64,000 nucleotides of DNA from Histomonas meleagridis 2922-C6/04-290x (lineage: Eukaryota > Protista > Parabasalia): assembly GCA_020184695.1 (NCBI GenBank), contig JAANOX010000004.1, forward strand, positions 62,001-126,000. The letters are read 5' to 3'. The translations under genes were made by a program, and so were the position numbers. The first letter of the stretch is position 1. Every line of letters begins with the position of its first letter. Positions 1 to 11,180 of the stretch are shown in pieces. The notes under the pieces are model-generated. The model had not been told where the DNA came from. It ran no database searches and saw only the letters and a list, made by a program, of their open reading frames with translations.

Positions 1-1
1 A

Positions 2-988
2 AAGTCGGCATTTGTTAAAGATTTAACTAAAAATGAAAAGCAACAAAATGAATTTGAAAACACATTAAATGAAATTTCAATTAAAATTTATGATTCACAA
101 AAGAAATTAGAAGAATATGTAACGAAAACAAATAATAATTATACAATTAATGATTTATACTCAAAAGATTTTTCACATCTTCCATCATATTTATGTCAAC
201 TTAAATCCACAGCACAAATTAATAACATTGTGAAAAGTTTTGAAGAAAGAATTAATAAAATCAAGAAATATCTTGAAGAAAACACGCCAAATTTCCAAGC
301 AATTCAATCACTTGATAACATTAAATCTAAAATCAAATCTATTGATGAAGAATTAACTATAAAAAGAAGAGAATTAAGTCAACAACATCATTATTTCACA
401 GACGTTAAAAAGAAACGTTATCAACTTTTTATAGAAACATTTCATTTAATCGAAAAATCAGTACAAGAAATATATCCTAAATTAACAAGAAATCCTTTAC
501 AGCCACTTGGAGGCAATGCATTTTTCTCACCTATTAAACCTCAATGTCCATTTTTAGATGGTATAATATATTCTGTTATGCCACCATTAAAACGACATCG
601 AACATTAAATTATTTAAGTGGTGGTGAACAAACACTTGCAGTTGTCTCATTAATATTTGCATTAAATCAAGCGAAACCTTCACCTTGTTTAATTCTTGAT
701 GAAATAGATGCTGCACTTGATAAGCAAAATCTAATGATGTTATCAACATTCTTAAAGACACAATCAATGAAACAACAAATAATTATAGTATCACATCGAA
801 ATATGGTATATTCTGAATCTCAAACATTAATTGGCATATGTCATAACATTGGAAATTTATCATCATTATCATACACATTACCATTAGCTCAAATTCTTAA
901 TAATGATGAAGATATCGAAGAAGATACAAATACACAATCGATAAATCCAATAATTCCATTAAATCGTCATTGTGTAAGTCTTTTTTGA
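2..988 (+). CDS. SMC1: SMC family ATPase C-terminal part, most like SMC1 (5'-partial)
   Basis: Frame is open from position 2. Coiled coil, then signature LSGGEQ, Walker B ILDEIDAALD and VSH (H-loop); YSVMPPLKRHR resembles the SMC1 pre-signature segment. Confidence 0.85.
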   Translation, partial: KSAFVKDLTKNEKQQNEFENTLNEISIKIYDSQKKLEEYVTKTNNNYTINDLYSKDFSHLPSYLCQLKSTAQINNIVKSFEERINKIKKYLEENTPNFQAIQSLDNIKSKIKSIDEELTIKRRELSQQHHYFTDVKKKRYQLFIETFHLIEKSVQEIYPKLTRNPLQPLGGNAFFSPIKPQCPFLDGIIYSVMPPLKRHRTLNYLSGGEQTLAVVSLIFALNQAKPSPCLILDEIDAALDKQNLMMLSTFLKTQSMKQQIIIVSHRNMVYSESQTLIGICHNIGNLSSLSYTLPLAQILNNDEDIEEDTNTQSINPIIPLNRHCVSLF

Positions 989-1030
989 AAAAAAAAAAAA
1001 ACAAAAATATAATTTCATCAAAGATTTAAT

Positions 1031-2710
1031 TTAATTCATTCCCATCATTGCCGCTTGTTGTGCTTGTGCCATTGCAGTATTCTCTTCTAATTTCTGTGTC
1101 ACTGATTTCTTATTTACTGGGTTACCATTTTCATCTCTTTTAATTAAACCTGAGACAATATCATCGACTCTTAACAATGATATTGCGCATTCGAATGCAG
1201 TTTTATAAACTTGTGACTTAACGGCTAATGTATCCCATACATTAATTTTCCTCATGTCTTCAATTTCACCTGTTAATCCATTAATTCCCATATAATATTT
1301 ATCTGGATCTTCTGAATGTATTGACCTTAATTTCGTAAGTACTTTCATAGGTGAAGCTCCACAATTTTGTATCAATGTACGTGGTATAACTTCAAATGCT
1401 ACAGCTGCTGCTCCATAAGCCATTTGTTCGATGGTATCTAATTGTCCATATTTCTTTCTTAAATGTGCTGATACTGAAACTTCAGTAGCACCACCTCCAG
1501 GTAATAGCGATGGTTCCTTAAGTAAATTCTTCGCAACTTTTAATGCGTCGTCCATAATACGGAACATTTCCAAAAGTACATCCTTTGTTGGGCCACGTAA
1601 TAACATTGTACAAGCTTTAGGATTCTCGCATTGATCAAAGACTGACCACCATTCGTCACCGAACTTACGGCATTCGTATAATCCACATTTTGTACCTAAA
1701 TCAGATTCAACTGCTTCATGTGGATCTGACACAATTGTTGCGCCACAACATAATGCGATTCGATCCAAATGTACTTTTTGGAATCTTCTTAATGCTGTGA
1801 TTCCGGCCTCACTTAAGTAATGTAATGCCAAATCGCTGACTCCTTTTTCAGCTAATACTAAGTCACAGCCAGTAGCAATGACTGCGTCACAAAGGTCTTT
1901 GACTTGTGCTTCTTCTTCTGCTAATACATTTGCATAATCATTTTCACCACTGATTTCTATGTTTGTAATACTTTCGCCTTTACGATATTCTAATCCACAA
2001 TCGAGAATTAAAATCTTAGGATGTTCAATACGACGACGCATATTCGAATGTAAGACATCTTTGTTGATCATTGTACCTTTCATTACATATGAATCCTCGA
2101 TTTCTCCGCCCGGAATACGTTCAATTCGAAGGTTACGTTTAAGGTCAACAGTTCCGTCGTCAGTTTTGATTGTTCTGACAGCATCGAGTGCTAATTTGGC
2201 AATTAAGTCGGACCATTTGGATAAGAACTTTGTGCCAATTGCGGATTTGATGATGCCGAGCATCTCTGCGTCGCTTGTGTTGTCGATTGGTTTTTTGATT
2301 GCTTTAAGATGTTCAAGTGCGTCATCAAGTGCTTTACGAAGACCAGAAATTAGAATATGTGGATGAACTCCATCTTTAATATGCTTTTCGAGAACAGAAA
2401 GAAGTTCTCCTGCAAGGACTACAACTGATGTAGTACCATCTCCAACTTCTTCATCTTGTCCACGTGCAAGTTCAATAATGGACTTTGCGGCGGGATGACT
2501 GACATCGATTTCACGGAGAATAGAATTTCCATCGTTTGTAATAACGAGTGTGCCCATTGAGTCGAGAATCATCTTGAGCATGGCTTGAGGACCAAGACAC
2601 GTGCGAATGACATCGGCGGTAACTTTGGCAGCTGCAATGCATGAAAGCTGTGCTTTGCGGCCTGTGTCACGTTTTGTTGTTTGGTTGAGAACAATGATTG
2701 GTGATTGCAT
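1031..2710 (-). CDS. CCT3: T-complex protein 1 subunit gamma (chaperonin CCT3)
   Basis: TCLGPQAMLKM, TNDGNSILREI, GDGTTSVVVLAGE, RIERIPGG, LDCGLEYRKGES, LRVDDIVSG. Start placed at MQSPIIVLNQ (ATG 2710) rather than at the ORF-track start. Confidence 0.95.
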   Translation of the reverse strand: MQSPIIVLNQTTKRDTGRKAQLSCIAAAKVTADVIRTCLGPQAMLKMILDSMGTLVITNDGNSILREIDVSHPAAKSIIELARGQDEEVGDGTTSVVVLAGELLSVLEKHIKDGVHPHILISGLRKALDDALEHLKAIKKPIDNTSDAEMLGIIKSAIGTKFLSKWSDLIAKLALDAVRTIKTDDGTVDLKRNLRIERIPGGEIEDSYVMKGTMINKDVLHSNMRRRIEHPKILILDCGLEYRKGESITNIEISGENDYANVLAEEEAQVKDLCDAVIATGCDLVLAEKGVSDLALHYLSEAGITALRRFQKVHLDRIALCCGATIVSDPHEAVESDLGTKCGLYECRKFGDEWWSVFDQCENPKACTMLLRGPTKDVLLEMFRIMDDALKVAKNLLKEPSLLPGGGATEVSVSAHLRKKYGQLDTIEQMAYGAAAVAFEVIPRTLIQNCGASPMKVLTKLRSIHSEDPDKYYMGINGLTGEIEDMRKINVWDTLAVKSQVYKTAFECAISLLRVDDIVSGLIKRDENGNPVNKKSVTQKLEENTAMAQAQQAAMMGMN

Positions 2711-3358
2711 CTGAAAGTGTCCGAACAGACCTCCCTCAAAGTTATGGCACTTTTGATAAAAAACGAACAAATAGGGACAATTCAGGAAGAATTCCATTTC
2801 TGACTAACATAATCATTAACAAATCATAAGAAATCTTTTTAAGTATTGTCACTGGAATGAAACAGTTAAAAAAATGAAAAAATGTTCAAACGAATTTCAT
2901 TGACTTCATATATGTTATGAATTTATTGTTTGTCACTGAAATTTACTAATTGATAGTTTCGCTTCTCGGAATTGGTTTTAGCTATGAATTTCATTGATTC
3001 AAATGTTTGCATAATTACAATAAATCAATTAAAACATTGGTTTCCCAACGATAGAATCGAATGAATGAAAAATCATCGGATTTATATTCAAAAACTGAAG
3101 TGTTCCTTCTGCAGAACCACTTTACTGTTTCAATTCGAGAAAGAAATATTTAGCAAAAATTAAAACTTATGTGGAAATAGAATCTAAAATTAATTTTTTT
3201 TTTTTAAAGTAAAATCACTTGTTGAATAAAAATATGACTTGTAAACAAAATGATATCTTTAATTCAGTTAATGTAATTTCATAAACTGATTGCTAACAAA
3301 TCGTTTTATACATTTCATCCTCCCGATACATCCGCATTATTTATGTATTATCCTCTTT

Positions 3359-5731
3359 ATGATTTATTTAATTCATTTTATTTTGATGATATACATTACG
3401 TTCATACGTATTGCGACAAGTTCTTCAATTAATTTATATTACGAACATAACAAAACGTTAATATTCACAAACAGAAATCGCAATATATTATTATATAAGT
3501 ATAGCGCTTTACATCTTTATGTTTATGACTTAACATATATAAAAGAATTCGAATTTTCGAATTGGAACTCATTAATTACATTATACATTGGAAACACAAT
3601 CGAAACAATTAAAGAAAATGCGTTTTATCGCTGTCGTAACTTAGAAAGTGTTCAATTTAATGAGAATTTACATACAATTAAAGCGAATGCATTTTGTCAA
3701 TGCACCAAATTAAATGAAATTATAATACCAAAAACAGTTAATGTTATTAATGAATATGCATTTTGTTTATGTAAGAACTTAACAAATGTTAAATTTTTAT
3801 CTGATAATAACTTAACAACAATTGATAATCATTTATTTTGTGAATGTTATCAATTGTTAAATATTAAAATTCCAAACTCAGTAAAATTAATTGGCGATTA
3901 TTCATTCCAACGTTGTACCTATTTAACAGAAATTACTTTTGGTGAAAATGTTATAAAAATTGGAAAGTTTTCATTTGATTTTTGTGTTAATATATTAAAC
4001 ATAAGTATACCGAACTCAGTAATGTTCATTGGTAATTTTGCATTTCATCGATGTTATAAATTAGAAAACTTAAAAATCGGCGACAACGTTACTGTTATTG
4101 GTAACAAAACATTTTTTTATTGTTATAACTTACGAAATGTAATAACTTCAAACTCATTAACATTTATTGGCGTCTATGCATTTTCGGAATGTTCATTTGA
4201 GACATTTCATTTTAGTAAAAGTCTTCAAACTATTGATGAAAAAGCGTTTTATTCATGTAACAAATTACGTAACATAACATTATCCGAAGAAATTAATTAC
4301 ATTGGACCATCAGCTTTTGCATATTGTTTAGATTTAGAAACAGTTTTCATCAAAGGAAATCTTAATGCTTTAGAAGATTATTTATTTTTTTATTGTTTGA
4401 ATTTGATGAAAGTTATAATTCCAAATAAAATTATATCATTTGGTGAATATGTATTTGCTTTTTGTACCAATTTAACATCAATTAATACATATGAAAATGA
4501 TATAATATATCAAAATCAAATCTCAAATTCGACAATAATAATCGGTGAATCATCTTTTGCTTATTGTATGAATTTAATGAAAATCAAATTAAATGAAAAG
4601 TTAAAACTTATCGAAACTCATTCGTTTTGTTTCTGTAGTCAGTTAACGAATATTATTATTCCTAATTCAGTTTCATTAATTAAAGAATTTGCATTTGAAG
4701 AATGTATTGGATTAAGAACCATAACTTTAAGTGAAAACATTGATATTATTCATAGTTATTTGTTTTATTCATGTTGTAACTTACGGAACATAACACTTCC
4801 GAAATCGATAAAGTCGATTGATAAAAATTCGTTTCAATATTGCACCAAATTAAAGAAAATATTTTTCGGTAATAACATTACATCGATTGGTAATTATGCG
4901 TTTTCATTCTGTGAGAACATTTATAGTTTTACAATACCTAATTCCACATATCATATTGGAAATAATTTATTTTATCATTGTACAAATTTAAACGAAGTAA
5001 TAATGAATAAGAAAATCACAGCTATAGGTTCCGAAGTTTTTTCATATTGTTATAACTTACAATATGTTCAAATCGGAGAAAACGTCGAAATCATTGGTTA
5101 CGCCGCATTCTTTAAGTGTTCGAAGCTTATATCAATTGATATCCCGAATTCAGTTGAATTAATTGTTGATTATGCGTTTTATTATTGTACTCGATTGGAA
5201 TTAATTGATATAAAACAAGTTAACATAATCGGCGATCATTCATTTTGTGGATGTAAAAACATTTATAAAATCCAAATAGACACAGTATATTTCATTGAGA
5301 AATATGCGTTTGCATTATGTAATAAATTGGAAATTATAAACTTCGGCGAGAACTTGGAATCTATCGGAGAATTTGCATTTTACTTCTGCACTAACATTAA
5401 ATGTTTGGTAATTCCCGAAAATGTTTCTTACGTTCGACAATGCGCTTTCGCACTTTGTTATAACTTGACGACAATTGTATTCAAGGGAAATATAAAAGAG
5501 TTCGAGGAGAAAGTGTTCTATAACTGCTACAAGTTGATGTGCTTTTACTATTTCGGTAAGCGCGAGCCATCGTTCGGCGATAATGTGTTCATCGGTACAA
5601 ATTTGTCCAGCGTCGTGACGTTGAAGAAGTACAAAGGCAAAAAATTCGGCGATATAAAAGTAGTGAAAGAAAAAATAGTCGAAGGATGTCCGCCGATAGA
5701 AATAATCGGAGAAATGTACTTCGAAATATGA
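3359..5731 (+). CDS. BspA-like leucine-rich repeat (LRR_5/TpLRR) surface or secreted protein
   Basis: About 28 repeats of the IxIPxSVxxIGxxAFxxCxxL type, hydrophobic N-terminus, no C-terminal TM. First in-frame ATG is 3359. Confidence 0.9.
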   Translation: MIYLIHFILMIYITFIRIATSSSINLYYEHNKTLIFTNRNRNILLYKYSALHLYVYDLTYIKEFEFSNWNSLITLYIGNTIETIKENAFYRCRNLESVQFNENLHTIKANAFCQCTKLNEIIIPKTVNVINEYAFCLCKNLTNVKFLSDNNLTTIDNHLFCECYQLLNIKIPNSVKLIGDYSFQRCTYLTEITFGENVIKIGKFSFDFCVNILNISIPNSVMFIGNFAFHRCYKLENLKIGDNVTVIGNKTFFYCYNLRNVITSNSLTFIGVYAFSECSFETFHFSKSLQTIDEKAFYSCNKLRNITLSEEINYIGPSAFAYCLDLETVFIKGNLNALEDYLFFYCLNLMKVIIPNKIISFGEYVFAFCTNLTSINTYENDIIYQNQISNSTIIIGESSFAYCMNLMKIKLNEKLKLIETHSFCFCSQLTNIIIPNSVSLIKEFAFEECIGLRTITLSENIDIIHSYLFYSCCNLRNITLPKSIKSIDKNSFQYCTKLKKIFFGNNITSIGNYAFSFCENIYSFTIPNSTYHIGNNLFYHCTNLNEVIMNKKITAIGSEVFSYCYNLQYVQIGENVEIIGYAAFFKCSKLISIDIPNSVELIVDYAFYYCTRLELIDIKQVNIIGDHSFCGCKNIYKIQIDTVYFIEKYAFALCNKLEIINFGENLESIGEFAFYFCTNIKCLVIPENVSYVRQCAFALCYNLTTIVFKGNIKEFEEKVFYNCYKLMCFYYFGKREPSFGDNVFIGTNLSSVVTLKKYKGKKFGDIKVVKEKIVEGCPPIEIIGEMYFEI

Positions 5732-5775
5732 AAATGTAATGTAGAGTAAATGAAATGAAATTACTTTTAATTTGG

Positions 5776-6221
5776 ATATTTGATTGAGAGTGAAATTGTT
5801 TCGTATTCATTGTAATGTTTGTGCAGTTTGAAGTGAATTAAGTGTGGACATGTGTTTGATGAAATTGTAATTTGTTATTTCATTTAAATATTTGATTGAG
5901 AGTGAAATTGTTTCGTGTTCATTGAAATGTTTGTACAGTTTGAAGTGAATTAAGTGTGGACATGTGTTTGATGAAATTGTAATTTGTTATTTCATTTAAA
6001 TATTTGATTGAGAGTGAAATTGTTTCGTGTTCATTGAAATGTTTGTACAGTTTGAAGTGAATTTAGTGTGGACATGTGTTTGATGAAATTGTAATTTGTT
6101 ATTTCATTTAAATATTTGATTGAGAGTGAAATTGTTTCGTGTTCATTGTAATGTTTGTACAGTTTGAAGTGAATTAAGTGTGGACATGTGTTTGATGAAA
6201 TTGTAATTTGTTATTTCATTT
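5776..6221. repeat. Tandem satellite, about 4 x 112 bp
   Basis: The motif gattgagagtgaaattg starts at 5782, 5894, 6006 and 6118 (period 112); copies are near-identical. Confidence 0.95.
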
Positions 6222-6429
6222 GAACTATCAAATGTGAATAAAATATTATCATTTTTATCTTTGATGATAATATACTCAAAACGAAATTATTTAATTTTTT
6301 CTATATAATTAATTAGGATAATTGTACATTAAGTTTCGAATGGAACATAAATGTAACTCATAAAAATAATCATATAAAAGTGATATTATTAAACCAAAAA
6401 GAAAAATTACAATAAAAAACATACGAATA

Positions 6430-7992
6430 TTATTTACTAAAAACGAATGTGTTTTCCTTGAAGTCATCCGCAAATGGATCGTCATAAATTTTCTCAGTTG
6501 GTACACTGAATGAGAAGTCGTGATTCGTCTCTGTAACTTCAAACTCATCCAATTCTGAATGTCCTTGTTCACTTATTAACATATTATTCTTTCTAAATCG
6601 AATAACCAAAACAACAATTATAATTACAACGACAACAACAGCTATAACGACACCAATTATCACATAAACATAAGTATCATCTGTTTCATACTCCTCTGTA
6701 TATCTTAAAAGTGTATAAAATTCCGAATATATATTATAAAACGTTGTGTACATAACAACAGTATATGCATAGTATATATAAATTGAATTTGTTAATGTTA
6801 AACTTGAGTTAATTGTCGATATTACTAATGTTTCACTTGTAGACATTGTAAATATCGAAAATGATTTTGTATAAGAAATTGAATGTATTAATGTTACTAC
6901 AAAACTAAAACTATGTGTAATATATTCATTGATTGTTGAATCAAATAAAAATGTATTTATTTCTAAATATGTATTTGAACTTGTAAATGTATTTGAATTT
7001 GAATATGTATTCGATTGAGGAAATGTATTTGATTGAGAAAATGTGTTCGAATTCGAAAATGTATTAGATCGAGAAAATATATTTGACTGTGTAAAGATAT
7101 CAGACGCAGTATAAGTTTTCGTGCTAGTAGGAGTAAATGTATATGTTGGCAATGCGGCACATCCCTCAACAATTCCTCCTTTATTTACGGAAAATGATCC
7201 GAAAGATTCGCCTTGATATGTGAAATATGTCATAACAACTAAATTGATATTATTAAATGCTGCGGATTCAAAATTTAATTGTGTATCTCCCAAAAAACTA
7301 ACGCATTTAAGGGAATCACAAAAACCGAATGCGAATGTGCCAATGAAATTAATTGTTTTCGGTAATACAATTGATTCCAATACTTTGCAATTACAGAATA
7401 CTTGTGATTCAATTCTTTGTACATTATCTCCCAGAGAAACAGATGCTAAATATGTACATTCAATAAATGCACACGTAGAAATAATTGTAACTTTATTTGG
7501 TATTTTGATTTTTAATAAAGATGGACAAAAACCCCATTCCAGTGTGTCTAAACCTTCACTTATTGTTGCTGTTGTTAAACTGCTTAAATTAAAGAAAGCA
7601 GCTTGATTAACATTAGTAACAGTATTCGGAATATTAACGACTTTAAGCTCACCACAAGAATTAGATGCATAGTATTCAATTGATTGTACACCTTCACTAA
7701 TCTGAATTGTATTTAAATTATAACATTGGTAAAATGCATAATTACCAATTTTTGTAATAACGTTACTAATATACAAATATTCAAGCAAAACCCAGTTATG
7801 AAAAGCACTAACGAATATTTCATTGACTCCATTATTAATAAGATTATAGATAATAAGATATTTCGCATTAGTTTTATAATCTGTTAAATATTCCGTAATA
7901 CTATTTAAGATTAAAGTCGAGTTTTGGGAAATGTAGGCTTGAGAAGAATAAATCAAGAGCAGTGCAAAGATAAACATGAATTCAACATCCAT
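6430..7992 (-). CDS. BspA-like LRR_5 type I membrane protein with S/T/F-rich stalk, TM and cytoplasmic tail
   Basis: Signal peptide (MDVEFMFIFALLLIYSSQA), LRR_5 repeats, SNTFS-type hexapeptide stalk, TM VYVIIGVVIAVVVVVIIIVVLVI followed by RFRK, acidic tail ending DDPFADDF. Confidence 0.9.
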   Translation of the reverse strand: MDVEFMFIFALLLIYSSQAYISQNSTLILNSITEYLTDYKTNAKYLIIYNLINNGVNEIFVSAFHNWVLLEYLYISNVITKIGNYAFYQCYNLNTIQISEGVQSIEYYASNSCGELKVVNIPNTVTNVNQAAFFNLSSLTTATISEGLDTLEWGFCPSLLKIKIPNKVTIISTCAFIECTYLASVSLGDNVQRIESQVFCNCKVLESIVLPKTINFIGTFAFGFCDSLKCVSFLGDTQLNFESAAFNNINLVVMTYFTYQGESFGSFSVNKGGIVEGCAALPTYTFTPTSTKTYTASDIFTQSNIFSRSNTFSNSNTFSQSNTFPQSNTYSNSNTFTSSNTYLEINTFLFDSTINEYITHSFSFVVTLIHSISYTKSFSIFTMSTSETLVISTINSSLTLTNSIYIYYAYTVVMYTTFYNIYSEFYTLLRYTEEYETDDTYVYVIIGVVIAVVVVVIIIVVLVIRFRKNNMLISEQGHSELDEFEVTETNHDFSFSVPTEKIYDDPFADDFKENTFVFSK

Positions 7993-8672
7993 ACAAAAAA
8001 AACGACCAAATTCAATTACATTTACGATAAATATGTACCCTTAAAATTGAGAATAAAATGAACGACAAAATCATTCAAAGTGGCTTTTTGTATCTAATAA
8101 ACGGCCACAGTTCAAAAGATTTTCAATTCTATGTGCAGAAATGGTTCTAAAATTACTTTTTAAATATTTAACCCCTCACCAGAAATTTGAAAATGATCGA
8201 TTTCAATTCAATCACGTGATTAGTTTTTGGCGTTTTGCTGACTAGAATAAAAAATAAATATACACAAGACGTATATAAACTTGAATTAATTCCTACACGA
8301 ATACCTGAAGGATGCTTGAATTTCTTTTATAAATAAGTATCAATTTTAGGTTGTGCATCAACATTGATTGTAGAGAGATTATTTGGTAATCAATATCTTC
8401 TATCAATGAAAATAAGGTGAGTTTACCAATAATAATAACTATTGTTATTTGTTTGCTCATTTTTCTTTCGAAGCCGAAAATTTATGAATTCATTAAAAAT
8501 TTTTAATTAGTATATATAATAATTTCATGAACTACAAAATATGGATAACATTATAAGAATGTACCTTGAAAAAAAGGTATTTCCATTAAATCAATTTTAA
8601 ACACCACAATGATATTGTTTTTTGATTGAATAATTTTTATTCTTTCTATCTCGAATTTCAAACACCAAAACT

Positions 8673-9860
8673 TTATTCCTCAAATGGAACATATTTTAAA
8701 AGCATTGAAGCATGTGTAGCGACAATTGAATTTTCGCTTAATGTTATTTCTTCAATTTGATTATATAATGAAGGATCACAAAGTTTTTGTTGCACAAAGC
8801 ATGAGCACGGAGAGTTTGGACATCTTCTTATTAGTGTTAGCAGAATTGATGTCGAAAGAATCGATGCATCATCACTTAAACCAATTAACTCAAAAATGGT
8901 TTCGACAATTTCTTCATTCATCATTTGCATTAAAATATTTTCAATTTGTTGATCCGCATAATCAAAAATAAGCTTTAAACATTCGAGTGATAAAACTTGT
9001 ACATCAAATGAAGAATGAAGAAGTGTATATGAAAGTGATTTATATAGTTGTGGATTGAATAAAAAATCAGAATCAAGACGAAGTAAAATCGATTTAACAA
9101 CTTTTAGTGAATTTTTTTGTATTTTTCGATCGTTTTTAGCTCGCATTAAACGTAAAATTTGATTTACGTTGAAAAATTGATATGAAACATTACATTTAGT
9201 AATACATAAGTTTATGACCTCAAGTGAAATATAAATGAATTTTGGTTTATTAAGTTGAAGTATGAGATAATTGACATCATGAAAAAGATTGATTTTGCGT
9301 AAAAAATTAGGAAATGAATTTAGAGGACAGAGATAGTTAGCAATGATTCTATATGCTGAATATATGTAAAACTCATTATTATGTTGTTTGGAGATTTCAT
9401 AATATTGAATGACTTCATCAGCACCATATGGTGAAATAAGAGAAATTATTTTAGAAAATATGTTTACACTAATTAATGCATTTTTTGAATCTGTGAAAAT
9501 TAAATTGAAAAATCCAGATAAAGGAAAACAAACTAAAAAAGCATTAATATTGTTTCTATCTAATATGCTTCGAAGAACTTTTAGTGAGTTATATGAAATT
9601 TCTTCTATATTTGAAATAATAAGATTTGAAAAAAGTTTAATAATATTTTCATTACTTGAAATTTGATCTAATTTATATTTAGGATAACTCTGCAGTGCTT
9701 TAAGAAAAAATAAACAAAATTCTGGATTTTCAATTTGATTAAAAAAATTTAAAGAATTTATGTCAAACTCATAGCTTGTAGTCTGACTTACTGCTTTAGT
9801 TTCTGTTGAATTTGATAAGCTCCAAATTATTTCATTTTTGTCTGATTCTTCATTGATCAT
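8673..9860 (-). CDS. Hypothetical protein, probably ARM/HEAT-like helical solenoid
   Basis: Long ORF with a Leu/Ile-rich helical pattern; no diagnostic motif recognised. ATG at 9860. Confidence 0.6.
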   Translation of the reverse strand: MINEESDKNEIIWSLSNSTETKAVSQTTSYEFDINSLNFFNQIENPEFCLFFLKALQSYPKYKLDQISSNENIIKLFSNLIISNIEEISYNSLKVLRSILDRNNINAFLVCFPLSGFFNLIFTDSKNALISVNIFSKIISLISPYGADEVIQYYEISKQHNNEFYIYSAYRIIANYLCPLNSFPNFLRKINLFHDVNYLILQLNKPKFIYISLEVINLCITKCNVSYQFFNVNQILRLMRAKNDRKIQKNSLKVVKSILLRLDSDFLFNPQLYKSLSYTLLHSSFDVQVLSLECLKLIFDYADQQIENILMQMMNEEIVETIFELIGLSDDASILSTSILLTLIRRCPNSPCSCFVQQKLCDPSLYNQIEEITLSENSIVATHASMLLKYVPFEE

Positions 9861-11180
9861 CAAGAAAATTTTTTAATCCTAAAAATTAAAATTGATATCA
9901 TCTGCACGAACCAAATGCACCAAGATTTATTTTTGATTTTGGTGAATTTAAATTTATTTTCAACTCGTTCATTTTCAAAAATCCACAAACAAATCAATTT
10001 CTAAAAACTGCACAATAATAAGAATAGCCTTGTGTTTTTATATTGCAGATAAAACATATTGTTAAAATTATTTAAAGATTTCCTAATTATTAATTCATTT
10101 TACTAAATTTTTATTAAAGCGATCATTAAACAACGTACAAGTGGAATTTAGAATGAAGTTGTTATTATTCAGAAATAATATTTGCTCTGTTTCAAACATC
10201 TTATGTTTAAACATATTGTTTGTCTCAATTCATTAAATACTTAAACTTGCAATGCACACTATGTGTCAATGCTTTTTGTTTTTTTCAGAAATCCTGAAAT
10301 TCGTTAATAAAATTTTTTTTAGAGCTCAAAAAAGAATAATGACGTTTTTCTGTGGCAGACGCTAGTGCACTTATCGGCAACTTTGCATCATTTTATCGGT
10401 TGTTGGTATCAAAAAGTTTAAACTCCCTCAGCGGGTGCTTGAAATCATTCTTCAAACTAGAAACAAAAATAATATGTTACAAATTGATAATGTTAATAAT
10501 TGTTATCGTTGATTTGTTGAACAAAACATAATTTTTTGATTGAAATAATATTGTGTTAAAAATTAATTTTTTTCTGAATTTATCAGTATAACAATTATCA
10601 CACGTTATTATGCTTGTGATATATAAGATAGGTCTTGATGAAATTTGAATATTTTTCTGACTCAAACGAAATTGATGCCATAAATGATAATCATTTACTA
10701 TTATGTTTGATGTAGCGTTATTAAGTGCATTTTGTTCAAAGCGTCTTTAGGGAAAATGATTCTTTTGATCAACTGTACACGCGGATATTTATAACGCGGA
10801 ACTAAAATTTTGATACATACAAAAAGTTATATTGATATCTTTATTCTCACAAATAATTCAATACATAGATTTTTCAATGGAATATGTAAATTTCGAATTC
10901 ATATTTATCTCGATAAATCCAATAGATCCTTATGTTAAATCATTATTGACAGTCGGACGATAAATTTTGTGTTATAATAGCAAAGTATCATATCCAAAAA
11001 ATTCGATAGAACACCAGAACTTTAAAATGTGAAGTCACAATGTTTTACACCCAGACATTTTTGAGAGAGTAAATTGTTTACACTCACAAATAATTGACCA
11101 TACAAAGTACGCTTTTTGAATTTGGGTCTTTAGGTTACAAAGCAAACTAAAAAAGAGCGCGAACATTATCTACGGAACAA

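Noticed and set aside
970-1010. GTAAGT donor-like site and A-run at the end of SMC1
   Set aside because: No matching branch/acceptor before the convergent CCT3 stop; the SMC1 ORF already ends after the complete ATPase head.
2711-2797. N-terminal extension of CCT3 from the ORF-track start
   Set aside because: Homology to CCT gamma begins at MQSPIIVLNQ (2710); the upstream 29 codons look like promoter/UTR sequence.
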